From Octopus sinensis (taxonomy: Eukaryota): a DNA stretch of 21,768 nt. A program made the position numbers and the translations under genes. The stretch lies in NCBI RefSeq assembly GCF_006345805.1, contig NW_021823611.1, positions 1 through 21,768 of the forward strand, written 5' to 3'. The notes beneath the pieces were generated by a model that was given only the letters and a program-made list of their open reading frames with translations, searched no databases and was not told the origin of the DNA. Shown here one piece after another: positions 9,559 through 19,139 of this stretch; position 1 is the stretch's first letter, and each line of letters begins with the position of its first letter.

Positions 9559-9914
9559 GTAAAGGGTAAAAGGGTAAAGAGCCCCTTGAGTCATGAATGA
9601 CAATAGGATTGCACCAAGGAAGTTCCCCTCCAAAGCACAAGTCTGGGCAAGGTTGCTTATGGAAGATTGACAGTTGGCCATGTATGCCATCCCCCCCTCT
9701 CCACACCATTAATGTTATCCAAGGGAAAGGGCAAAGGGGCCGATACAGCCTGGCACCAGCAACATCACAACTCATTTCTTCAGCTGAGTGAATTGGGGCA
9801 ATGTGAAATAAAATATCTTGCTCAAGAACACAACACACAGCCTGGTCTGGGAATCGAATTCACTATGTAATGATAGTTAGCCTGATACTCTAACCACTGA
9901 GCCATGAGCCTTCA
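9559..9914 (-). mobile_element. tRNA-derived SINE with family A head and core but a different 3' half
   Basis: A box TGGCTCAGTGG, B box ATTCGATTCCC. 9768-9914 aligns to 2975-3115; 9559-9767 does not. Ends in (CTTTACCC)-like repeats. Confidence 0.85.
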
Positions 9915-9930
9915 CAAAACAACAATACAC

Positions 9931-10001
9931 TGCAGTGGCTGGGACTCGAACCCAGGCCGCCTGCATGGCAAGCAAGCATTCTACCACTGAACCACTAATG
10001 C
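9931..10001 (-). tRNA. tRNA-Gly(GCC), probable pseudogene
   Basis: GCATTAGTGGTTCAGTGGTAGAATGCTTGCTTGCCATGCAGGCGGCCTGGGTTCGAGTCCCAGCCACTGCA, 71 nt. D, anticodon and T arms pair; the acceptor stem has 2 mismatches; TTTT follows 11 nt downstream. Confidence 0.9.
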
Positions 10002-10685
10002 TTGCACATGTACACATATATATGTGTATATCTTTTGTCTGTTTGTCTTTCTAATGAATACACACACACACAACACCACCACCATTAACTAGCTATATAC
10101 CATTGTCTCTACTACTCCCCCCCCCCCACCATAACACCATCATCCTTTCTCTGTCTTCTCCAGAAGCAGAGACAATTTCAATAACTCAATTTATCTTGTA
10201 TGGTATTTAATATATCTTTATTTATCTTTGCTGTTCAAATACATCACATATTGGACTCTCTCTCTCTCTCATCTCACATTTGTTTCATGCACACACATGC
10301 ACGTCTGCTTGTGTGTGTATGTATATACACACACACACACACATAAAGATATGTGTGTGTGCTGGAACAGCTTTGTCCGAGCTGTGCCACAATAGAAGAC
10401 AGATGCAAAATATTGTTGTTGGGGGGGGGGTGCTGGTGACTGGTGTTGGTGGTGATATTTACTCTGTTGTATTAAAAGATCAACCTTTTAAATAAAGGTC
10501 AGTCTTCATATTGATACAATAGTATTGTTGTCATGGTGACAATGCCATCACCACACTACCACCACCACACTGTCATAACACTACGTTGTTGCTAATGTCG
10601 CAGTATAGAAGCTGTGTGGTGTGAATGTACCAATGGTTTACTATAGAAGCCCTGCTCTTTTCAGTATTGCAAAAGTACATGGTCT

Positions 10686-10702
10686 ACACACACACACACA
10701 CA

Positions 10703-10752
<50 letters not shown>
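10686..10752. repeat. Compound (CA)n(TA)n(GA)n microsatellite
   Basis: Direct reading. Confidence 0.95.
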
Positions 10753-10758
<6 letters not shown>

Positions 10759-10975
10759 TATCCTTTACCTGTTACTAGTTTTATTCATTAGACTGTGACC
10801 ATGCTGGGGCACCACCTTCAAGAAGTTTTAGTCGAATGAATTGACCTCAGTACTTTTTTTTTAAAGCTTGGTACTTATTCTGTTGATCTATTTTGCCGAA
10901 CTGCTAAGTTATGGGGATGTAAACACACCAACATCGGTCATCAAGTGGTGGTTGGGGACAAACATAGACACACAC
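10753..10975 (-). mobile_element. SINE family B 3' half
   Basis: ttttgccgaactgctaagttatggggatgtaaacacaccaa..ggggacaaaca is the reverse complement of 8270-8350. Confidence 0.85.
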
Positions 10976-11014
10976 ACACACACACACACACACATATTTA
11001 CATGGAAAAAAAAA

Positions 11015-11336
11015 CTGGCCCTTGATCGGTTATGATGACAAATGTTCCAGTTGGTTCAATCCACAGAACAGCCTGCTCGTGAAATTAACATGCAAGTGGC
11101 TGAGTACCCCACAGCCACATATACCCTTAATGTAGTTCTCAGGGAGATTCAATATGACACAGAATGTGACTAGGCTGGCCCTTGTGAATTACAGGTACAA
11201 CTCATTCTTGCCAGCTGAGTGAAATGGGGCAATGTGAAATAAAGTGTCTTGCTCAAGGATACAATGTCTGCTGGGAATCAAACTCATGATGTTGTGATCA
11301 TCAGCTGAATACCTTAAGTGCTAAGCTACATGCCTT

Positions 11337-11337
<1 letters not shown>
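11015..11337 (-). mobile_element. tRNA-derived SINE family A, near full length
   Basis: Colinear with 2797-3115 (acagaacagcctgctc..gaaattaac..caagtggctgag..gaattacaggtacaactca..gccagctgagtg..aaataaagtgtctt). Confidence 0.9.

Positions 11338-11339
<2 letters not shown>

Positions 11340-11379
<40 letters not shown>
11340..11379. repeat. (TG)20 microsatellite
   Basis: Direct reading. Confidence 0.97.
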
Positions 11380-11380
<1 letters not shown>

Positions 11381-11665
11381 AAGGTGTCCCCCAAAATTGT
11401 ATTCACACTCTAACAACTGATAACTCAGTTTTTATTTCTTTTTCAATTTAACCCATTACAACTAATAGATGGAGTCCGACTGGGCTTTGAATAAAGGAAA
11501 TTTAGCCAGAAGTGCTTCTTTAAGTGGCACTCCAGGCTAAATTTAGGAAGTCAAGCTGCAAGCACAGTTTAGGATGGAGTTTCAAACAGATCCATCCATG
11601 TGATTTCTAATCATACAAATTAGATGAGTTTGAAGCTGATGGAACTGTTCAGAATGTCCACAATG
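11380..11665 (+). mobile_element. Tc1/mariner-type transposon 5' fragment (TIR plus N-terminal helix-turn-helix, DUF4817-like)
   Basis: Starts caaggtgtccccc (CAGGGTGTCCC-type TIR). Broken translation GVRLGFE*RKFSQKC..QFRMEFQTDP..IR/EFEADGTVQNVH. Confidence 0.72.
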
Positions 11666-11885
11666 CAGGGTTGCAGTTTTAGAGAGTTGTTGTCATGTTT
11701 TTGACCAATAACATAAGCCCTGGATACATAGGGGACCTGTAATGGTCACCCCATATCTAGAACTGTTCAAAACTGTGTTCTAAAAGCTGAATCACATGTC
11801 TGGCCTTAACACTTGCTCACTTTCCAACAAACCACAATTAAACATCACATAGAAAAATACTTTTAAATTATTTTAATTTTTATCA

Positions 11886-12033
11886 TTAATAATAATAATA
11901 ATAATAATCCTTTGTACTAAAGGCACAAGGCCTGAAATCTTGGGGGAGGGGTCTAGTCAACTGCGTCGATCCTAGTGTTTCACTGGGACTTAATTTATTG
12001 ACCCTGAAAGGATAAAAGGGAAAGTTAACCTTG
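11886..12033 (-). mobile_element. SINE family C, 5'-truncated copy 1
   Basis: (TAA)n tail, ggcacaaggcctgaaat, cttaatttattgaccctgaaaggat. Confidence 0.88.
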
Positions 12034-12037
12034 CATG

Positions 12038-12261
12038 ATAATAATAATACTTTCTACTATGAGCACAAGGCCTGAAATTTGGGAGAGGGGGATGGTCGAT
12101 TAGATTGACCCAAGTACTCACCTGGTACTTAATTTATCGACCCTGAAAGGATGAAAGGCAAGGTCGACCTCGGCCGAATTTGAACCCAGAACGTAGCAGC
12201 AGACAAAATACTGCTAAGCATTTCGCCTGGCGTGCTAACGATTCTGCCAGCTCACCACCTT
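12038..12261 (-). mobile_element. SINE family C, full copy 2
   Basis: Reverse complement reads gagctggcagaatcgttagcacgcc..gggttcaaattcggccgaggtcgaccttgcctttcatcctttcagggtcgataaattaagtacc (tRNA head plus Nin/Deu-like central domain). Confidence 0.92.
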
Positions 12262-12291
12262 AATAAGGATAATAATTATACTGATAATGAT

Positions 12292-12521
12292 AAGGCGAGC
12301 TGACAGAATCGTTAGCATGCCGGACAACCCAATACTTAGCAGCTTTTCGTCTGTTGTTACATTCTGAGTTCAAATCCTGCCTCTGTCAGTTTGGCCTTTC
12401 ATCATTTCATGTTCAATAAAATAAGTTTTCATCAAGTCCTGAGGTCAATGTAATCAACTTCCCCCTCCCCTCACAAACTGTTGGCCCAACACCAGCATTT
12501 GAAACCATCGTTATCATTATT
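12292..12521 (+). mobile_element. SINE family C copy 3
   Basis: ggcgagctgacagaatcgttagcatgccgg..ttctgagttcaaatcctgcc..gcctttcatc; variant 3' end (atttgaaacc). Confidence 0.88.
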
Positions 12522-12529
12522 AGCAATAA

Positions 12530-12712
12530 TGGGTTGAGCTGACCAAATCATTTCTGCACCAGTCAAAATGCTGAGCAGTATTTGTTTAGTCTTTATGTTC
12601 TGAGTTCAAATTCTGCTGAGGTCAACTCTGCCTTTCATCTCTTTGGGGTCAGAAAAATAAGTACCATTTAACCCTCTCCCTCGAAATTCCTTGTACCTAT
12701 AATACAAAGGAT
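12530..12712 (+). mobile_element. SINE family C copy 4
   Basis: gagctgacc..ttctgagttcaaattctgctgaggtcaactctgcctttcatc..aagtacca..aaaggatt. Confidence 0.88.
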
Positions 12713-12767
12713 TCATCATCATCATTTAATGTCCTCCTTCAGTTGGTTGGACAAATTATTATTATTA

Positions 12768-13010
12768 AAATGGCAAACTGGCAGGATTTTCAGAGGAATG
12801 GGAAAAAAATGTTTTTGAAGAATTTCCGCTTTAGATTCCAAGTTTCAAATTCTGGTGAGGTCGGCTTTTCCTTTCATCCTTTCAGGGTCGATAAATTAAG
12901 TACCAATCAAGTACTGGGGTGGGAGTGGGGGTCGATGTAATCGACTTTCCCTCTACCCCCAAAATCCAGTCCTTCTGTCTATAATAGAAAGGATTATTAT
13001 TATTATTATT
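12768..13010 (+). mobile_element. SINE family C copy 5
   Basis: tggcaaactggcagga..gaggtcggcttttcctttcatcctttcagggtcgataaattaagtacca..gaaagg(att)n. Confidence 0.88.
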
Positions 13011-13098
13011 TTATGTTTGACTTTTGCCTTACATTTGTACAAGTTGGCTCCAAGTCCCACACAGGAACCTCAAAAGACAAGTTGGAAGTTCGTGTTGG

Positions 13099-13128
<30 letters not shown>

Positions 13129-13129
<1 letters not shown>

Positions 13130-13345
13130 GGTAGAATCGTTAGCATGCCAGGCAAAATGTTTTGTAGTGCTTCACCTGTATGCATGTTCTGAATTCAAAT
13201 TCTGCTGAGGTCAACTATGCCTTTCATCTTTTTGGGGTTGATAAATTAAGTACCAGTCAAATACTGGGGTCACTGTAATCGACTGATCCCCTCCCCCCAA
13301 ATTTCAGGCCTTATGCCTTTAGTAGAAAGGATTATTATTATTATA
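13129..13345 (+). mobile_element. SINE family C copy 6
   Basis: tggtagaatcgttagcatgccagg..gaggtcaactatgcctttcatc..aaatttcaggcctt..gaaagg(att)n. Confidence 0.9.
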
Positions 13346-13349
13346 TATT

Positions 13350-13594
13350 AAGATGGCGAACTGGCAAAATTGTTTGCACACCGGGCAAAATGCTTTACGT
13401 TCTGAGTTCAAATTCCATTAAGGTCGACTTTGCCTTTCATCCTTTTAGGTTCAATAAATTAAGTACCAGTCAAGTACTGGAGCTGATGTCATTGACTTAC
13501 CTCCTCTCCCCAAATTTCAGGCCTTGTGCCTATAGTAGAAAGGTTTATTATTATTATTATTATTATTATTTTATTATTATTATTATTATTATTA
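13350..13594 (+). mobile_element. SINE family C copy 7
   Basis: tggcgaactggcaaaa..tacgttctgagttcaaattcc..aggtcgactttgcctttcatcc..gaaagg then a long (att)n. Confidence 0.9.
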
Positions 13595-13744
13595 TGTTGT
13601 CAGTATTTCTCCTGTTCACACTAATTTACATCTTCCAGGCCATTAAATCTGTTCTAACCAGGAATGAAGCAACACCTAAACTTCTGCTGCTCCAGGAGAC
13701 TTTCTTGAAACCTAGAAGTCAACCTCAGAACCTTTGTGCCTTAT

Positions 13745-14040
13745 TTGACATGTTAAAAAGTGTAACTAAATCTCTCTGACATCTCAAACATGAAGGACAA
13801 ATTGAAAAATGCAGTCCTGGATGTACTAAAAAGATGAGATAGTCAAAGTTGGATTGTCTATCATCAAGAATTTGATTTCATGTGGTTGACCTTGGGCTAT
13901 CTGAGCAATATCAAAGTGGGACACAATAGATAATATAGTCCTAGATATATTTATGTTTGAATAAAAAATGGGATGGTCATGGCTAGAACATCTTTGATGA
14001 TAGGTCTGTTGTACTAGGACTCACTTGGAGCTAAACAAAA
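13745..14040 (+). repeat. Repeat family D: diverged copy followed by a clearer copy (13919-14040)
   Basis: gacacaatagataatatagtcctagata..gaataaaaaatgggatggtcatggctagaacatctttgat aligns with 3453-3530. 13810-13900 is a weaker echo. Confidence 0.7.
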
Positions 14041-14789
14041 ACTCCACCAAGTCAGAGATAAACACAGACCATCAAATACACTGTGTCCACTCCGTGTGTC
14101 TCTTTGCCACTGCTACAATGGCCTCTGCTCTTCTGAATCGACCATTTTGTTTCATTCCCTATTCTGTTGCACTGTACCACCTCTTGTCTCGTTGACAGAA
14201 GAGGGCTGGGGTGGGGGGTGTACAATCATGACATAAGTGGGGGAGGCCAGCCAGAAGCCCTCTCTCCATCTCACAATCATGGATGGATTGTCACAAGAAA
14301 GATCATTACATCATCAAGTTACATTCACATGGGGACTTGACTAGAGTGGACCCCACTAAATGCACCCAATCCTTTGTTCTCTGAACCTTGGCTGTGGAGC
14401 CAGAATTGTGAAGTCAGAAGCAAGTATTGCGTTTCTAGAGTCACAATCAGTCAAACTGTATTGACTCTGACTCCAATTAAATGTTAACTGGGGTCAAAAT
14501 GCATTAAAATTTTCCAATTTCTCAAATAATAATTTTCTTTTCTCCACTGAAAATAATGAAATCAGATTTAAGTGCTTCTATGAATTAGGACCTGTTAGAA
14601 ATGATTCTGTTTCTTAGAAGAAAATATTGGTCAATTTCAGATTAAGGTCTTTGATTTAACCCCTATTCTATAAATACAAGGTTTCTGGAATAAATGTTGA
14701 GATAATTTTTTCAATATTTTACAATATAATTTATATTTCATGTAATCTTTCATGTTGAATTCTCTTCAATTTTAGATTCCAACAAGGTT

Positions 14790-15008
14790 TTAAACTCCTT
14801 GAGACCACCCCTGGTTGTATAATACAAACTTGCTGTTTTAAAAAGTGCTTAATCAAAACCTGCTTCTGTCAAAACTCCATGTCAATTTATGTTCCAAAAA
14901 CCAGCTTAATAATGATAAATGTTATTTCACTAATTTGTTCATTACTTTTAAAATTAATTAAACCAAAGGCAGCATATTTCATCAGAAATATGGTAACAAA
15001 AGGGTTTA
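14790..15008. mobile_element. Probable piggyBac-like (TTAA) MITE, degenerate
   Basis: Right end ggtaacaaaagggtttaa; AT-rich body; left end eroded (ttaaactccttgag). Similarity is to a recalled family only. Confidence 0.45.
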
Positions 15009-15339
15009 AAATAATAAAAACCCCATCACAACACAGCTGTAGCCTTTAAAGCTAAACTTTAAACAAGTTAGGGCGTTATAAAGTAGTTTGATCATTATTC
15101 GCATTGGCCTTGTATGTTGTGAGCTTTCAATTAATATAAGAAATATGTGATTAGACTAACTGCTAATTAGTAATTAAGGAGTTGGAGTTAGTGTTGGTCA
15201 TGTTGTGTATTGACTTTACAGCTCCGCCCACAATGCAATTATCTTCCTGTTACCACACTGCGCAATTAGACACATCTAAAACAGTGGAGACCTTACAATG
15301 TAGGACACAGTCCCTTGTACTCTTTGTTATGACTCTCTG

Positions 15340-15408
15340 GTTTATGATTTCAAATTTCACTGAGGTCAATTTAATCCCTTCCAGGGGTGAATAAAAACAA
15401 AGTACCAG
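15340..15408 (+). mobile_element. Degenerate SINE family C fragment
   Basis: ttcaaatttcactgaggtcaattt..ggggtgaataaaaacaaagtaccag. Confidence 0.6.
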
Positions 15409-15794
15409 CCCAGGGGCTTGCTGGAACACTGGATGAGATGCTTTTTTGTGGTTTGTTCCTTTCCTTTGTGTTCTTTTGGATTGTTATGTAGGAGACGAAA
15501 TTCTTCACATGGTTCTGGAATATGTTACTGGTGAGGGTCACTCTGGTGGAAGTACTGAGACCAGTTCTCTTGTTTAAGGATCACTCCTCTAACCCCTGGT
15601 CTCAGTGGACCCTGATTAATGTATTATTTCAGTTGTGTGGCCATCTATGCTAACCATTGAGTGTTCCACTGCCTGGGACAGTGTCTGGCTTTCTCTATCA
15701 TTGCTCCAGTGTGGCCTTCACTGTCAAGAAATCACACCATCCAGGAAGAGGAGAAACAGTGAGAACATCTAATAAGAGATGTGTGTTTTATTAG

Positions 15795-15940
15795 TTTACG
15801 GTTCTTGGTTCAAATTCTGCCATTTTTTTGCAGAAATGGTGGTGGATGGATATTTTCTCTTGCTCCACCCAAAATGACAAAAGGCAAAGTTGATCCGAGA
15901 AACTCAGAACATAAAGAATTAAATATTGCAAAATATATAG
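15795..15940. mobile_element. Two degenerate SINE family C fragments in opposite orientation
   Basis: Plus: ttacggttcttggttcaaattctgcc. Minus: aaaggcaaagttga..aactcagaacataaaga. Confidence 0.5.
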
Positions 15941-16058
15941 TCTCACCAATCTGTCCCCCACTCTCTCTCTTACACATACATGCTACACACACACACACCC
16001 ATGTATATATATATATGTATACGTTGTGAGAAGGAGGTGAAGATAGATGTATGACATA

Positions 16059-16560
16059 CAAGGTATTCAGGCTAAATTCAACACTTTGCATAAATGGAAA
16101 GCAAAACACAATATTCCATCCAAAAATAAAAGTATTTATTAAAAAATCAAAAAATATTCACTAGATTATGGCTGGGAGATAACAGTTTACTCCTAGTAAT
16201 CATCCTCAGCTTCCACCCTGGCCTGAAAACGGCTCTGGAATCTGGTGCCTGCATTCCTTACTTTCTGGAAAGATCTTCAAAGACTTCCTTGATCTTGGCC
16301 ATCAGTGATGCTTTGGTGTTTCAGGCAGAACAGTTGGTGTCTTTCTCAACTATGCTCCATATATTGCTATCCATGGGATTGCAATTATGGGAATCAGGGG
16401 GCCAGACGTTGGGGGTTGGTGAAGTTGTAGAAATTCTCCAACAATCAATTCTGTCTTTTTCCAGAAGTATGGCAGGGAGCCAAATCCTTCTGCCACACAG
16501 ATGGCCTTCCAACAAGAACCCTCTCCAACCTGGGATTAACCACTGTCTCCAGCAGCTTCG
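16059..16560 (-). mobile_element. Tc1/mariner DD37D (maT-like) transposon 3' part
   Basis: KLLETVVNPRLERVLVGRPSVWQKD-LAPCHTSGKRQN*LLENFYNFTNP(+1 frameshift)NVWPPDSHNCNPM-D: 37 residues between the 2nd and 3rd catalytic Asp. Homologous to 8546-9040; TA precedes the end at 16057. Confidence 0.92.
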
Positions 16561-16561
16561 T

Positions 16562-16985
16562 GGGAAGGCTAACAGAGAGAGATTATACTCTGTATATAGC
16601 AGATTCACAGAAGCAATGAGCACTAATGACATGTGTGAAACAGATTTCTTTCAGATGCCCAGGAGGATCCTTAGAGGTAGCAAATAGCTTCTGTTACTCA
16701 GGAGACTTAATTAACTCTGGAAGAGATTTTTGTAAGTATAAGAATTGCTACAAAAAGAATAGGATAGAGACAGTTCAGAGAGGTATTACCTCTGTTGGGA
16801 ACAAAAGGCTTCTCTCTGAGTGAAAAGTAGATTATGTGATGCATGTGTATGAACAAGCAATGCTATATGGGAGTGAGATGTGGGTCTTCAATGCAGAGTG
16901 TAGAGAGAAATGAAGCTAGCATGTTCCATCATTGGATATGCTACCGCATGTATATACAATCATGTGTTTTGAGAAAATATGTTGG
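16562..16985 (+). mobile_element. RTE-clade LINE C-terminal fragment
   Basis: FRCPGGSLEVANSFCYSGDLINSG..RIG*RQFREVLPLLGTKGFSL..RLCDACV..AMLYGSEMW..ERNEASM, frameshifted. Confidence 0.85.
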
Positions 16986-17084
16986 AGGGGGAGAGAGTGA
17001 GTGTTAAAAAGATGAAGTGGGGGGGTGGGAGGTTTGTCAAGATTATGTGCAAGGGTATAGACTGAGACAAGTACTTTTTTATTT

Positions 17085-17228
17085 CAGTGACTGGGTCTTC
17101 TCAAGTGTGTGCTTGGGATGAGATGTGGGTTGGTGACAGGAAGAACATCTGGTTGAAGAAAAAAAATCTGCATAAAAAAATTCTGTTCAGCCCATGTGGA
17201 AAAGGGTTCGTTAAAATGATGATGATGA
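17085..17228 (+). mobile_element. RTE-tail-type retroposon 3' end with (GAT)n
   Basis: ggttggtgacaggaagaacatc..cccatgtggaaaag..cgttaaaatgatgatgat. Confidence 0.75.
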
Positions 17229-17450
17229 TAAGCATATAGAAAACCTTCCATGTTTTCTATATGCTTCCTTCTCAACTCTCAGCTCGTTTTGATATGTGGT
17301 TTGTGCCTGATGAATATGTTTGAGGTATTTCTCAACATATGAAACCATTAATAGCACATGAATAACATGTATTGTGTCTATTAATATTTATCTCTCATCA
17401 GATGGAGAACTATTTTTGTTGATCTTACCATCACAGAACAGTACATTATA

Positions 17451-17745
17451 TCATCATCATCATCATTTAATGTGCATCTTCCATGCATGCATGGGTAAGA
17501 CGGATGACAGGAGCTGGCCAGGTAGAAGACTACCCCAGTCTACTGTGTCTGTTTTCACAGTTTTTTTTTACGGCTGGATGCCCTTCCTAACATCAACCAT
17601 TCTGCAAAGTGGACTCAATGCTTTTAACGTGGCACCAATGCAGGTGAGGTTAGCTTTGGCATGATTTTTACAGCTGGATGCCCTTCCAAATGTCAACCAT
17701 TTTACGGTGGCACCAGCACTGTGTTATGCTCCAATGTCAACCACT
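17451..17745 (-). mobile_element. RTE-tail-type retroposon with internally duplicated module
   Basis: (tca)n tail. ttttacggctggatgcccttcc..tcaacca occurs at 17566-17599 and 17666-17699. Confidence 0.82.
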
Positions 17746-17918
17746 CGGTGCTATTGAGCTTGCCATGTAACTTACCCGACTAGAGAGGCCCCTTGCTTGA
17801 GAGGGGGAACAGGAGAAGCGGGTGGTGCTTTAAGTGAGATGTTAAGAGGTCAGAGTTTGTTTTCTATGTAAGTATGACACTAAGATTTGGCTGAAAGCAA
17901 TGACAACAATCCTTGTTA

Positions 17919-19112
17919 GTACCTTATGGAGTTTATAAACATTGTCCAAAATCTCTCCAACAACTGTGGAAGGTGCTGTAAGTGATCTGGCAGAGAGGAA
18001 TTATTGCCAACCAATGGAGGGAGGCTGGGATTGTTTGGACCCTGAAGGAGGAGAATTCAAAGAGAATCACCCAGTGCAGCACCTTCTCACTACTTAGCAT
18101 TGAAGGCAAAATATTCTTCAGTATCTTGTCATGTTGGTTAACAAAATTTCTTTGAGAGATCGAATTCATAAACACATCGATACAAGAAAGTGGAACTGCT
18201 GGAACCCCCAGCTGCCAAAAGCCCACCAGAGTGATTACACAGCTCCTAAGAGAAGCAAAGGAAGGTTAGGGAGATCTAGTGGTACTGTGGCTGGACCTTG
18301 CAAATCTTTGCAGGCCCATGCCACACAAGCTGGTTGAAGAGGGTTTCCAAAGACACCACATCCTATAGAAGATCACCAACCTTGTTCTGAATTATTATTG
18401 CATCTTCCACGTGGGAGACATCTCTAAGCTTACATACTTACAGACATCCATGTTGAACAGGTTGGAAGGGATAATATGACTGGTTGTTCCATCTCAGTAA
18501 CCCTTCCATTCCACCTCTTGCCATGAACTTGGGTTGGGGTCAAGATAGCAGAGGTTGAGTGTGAAAGATCCCAGATAAAATCTAACTTGTAGCAGTCAGT
18601 ATTAAGGGCCTTCATGGACAACATGCTGGTGGCAGGTGGACCCTTCAAGGACCTCAGTAGCTTATTTTATGAGCAAGGATGAACTTCAAACCATCAAAAT
18701 CGAGGTCTCTTGTGCTGAGGAAAGGGCAAGTGGGGGAAAAGTTTCACTTCGACTTGTTTGACATTGCTATTCCAACTTTGGCAGAAGAACGAGGGAAGTG
18801 CATGGGGAAGAAAACTGGATTGCTCAGCTGCTCCAAACCTTGGGCATCCTAGCATGCTATCCTGTCCAGATTTTGTGGCCCCAGTCATCATATGATGTTA
18901 GCATGTCAAGTATGGAAACTGTGCAGAAGATCAGCAGTTTTTTGAGGAGGTGGCTTGCCTTAGCAATGAACCTAAACAGCATCATTCTGTAGAGGTGAAC
19001 CAACTCTTCAGTAGCCTTTCAAGTGAGTCTGTAGTGTCAAGAAGAAGAGAAACCATGACGTACAGAGATACCAGTGACACAAAAGTGACAGCAGCTGGCT
19101 TTGAAGTTAAAT
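17919..19112 (+). mobile_element. Hero/R2-group (restriction-like endonuclease class) non-LTR retrotransposon, RT domain pseudogene
   Basis: Manual translation from 17919: VPYGVYKHCPK..LWKVL*VIWQRG..QWREA..KEENSK..SLLSIEGKIFFSI..TQLLREAKEG*GDLVVLWLDLAN..PHKLVE. Then TGCSISV, RAFMDN (18605-18622), ARMNFKPSKSRSLVL, ILWP..KISSFLRRWL and YRDTSDTKVTAAG. Many stops and frameshifts. Confidence 0.9.
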
Positions 19113-19139
19113 GCTCCCAGACCCCAGAAACACAGTGTG

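Noticed and set aside
11886-13594. CRISPR-like or satellite array
   Set aside because: Units are about 200-bp diverged tRNA-headed SINEs in both orientations, with no constant repeat-spacer period and no cas genes; the context is eukaryotic.
13618-13779. Possible exon after CTAAT..tcttccag acceptor (AIKSVLTRNEATPKLLLLQETFLKP)
   Set aside because: No good donor, the frame runs into repeat D and a stop, and the LLQETFLKP resemblance to LINE endonucleases is too short to support a call.
14050-14450. Complex sequence that might be an exon or LINE UTR
   Set aside because: No ORF, motif or internal homology that I could support.
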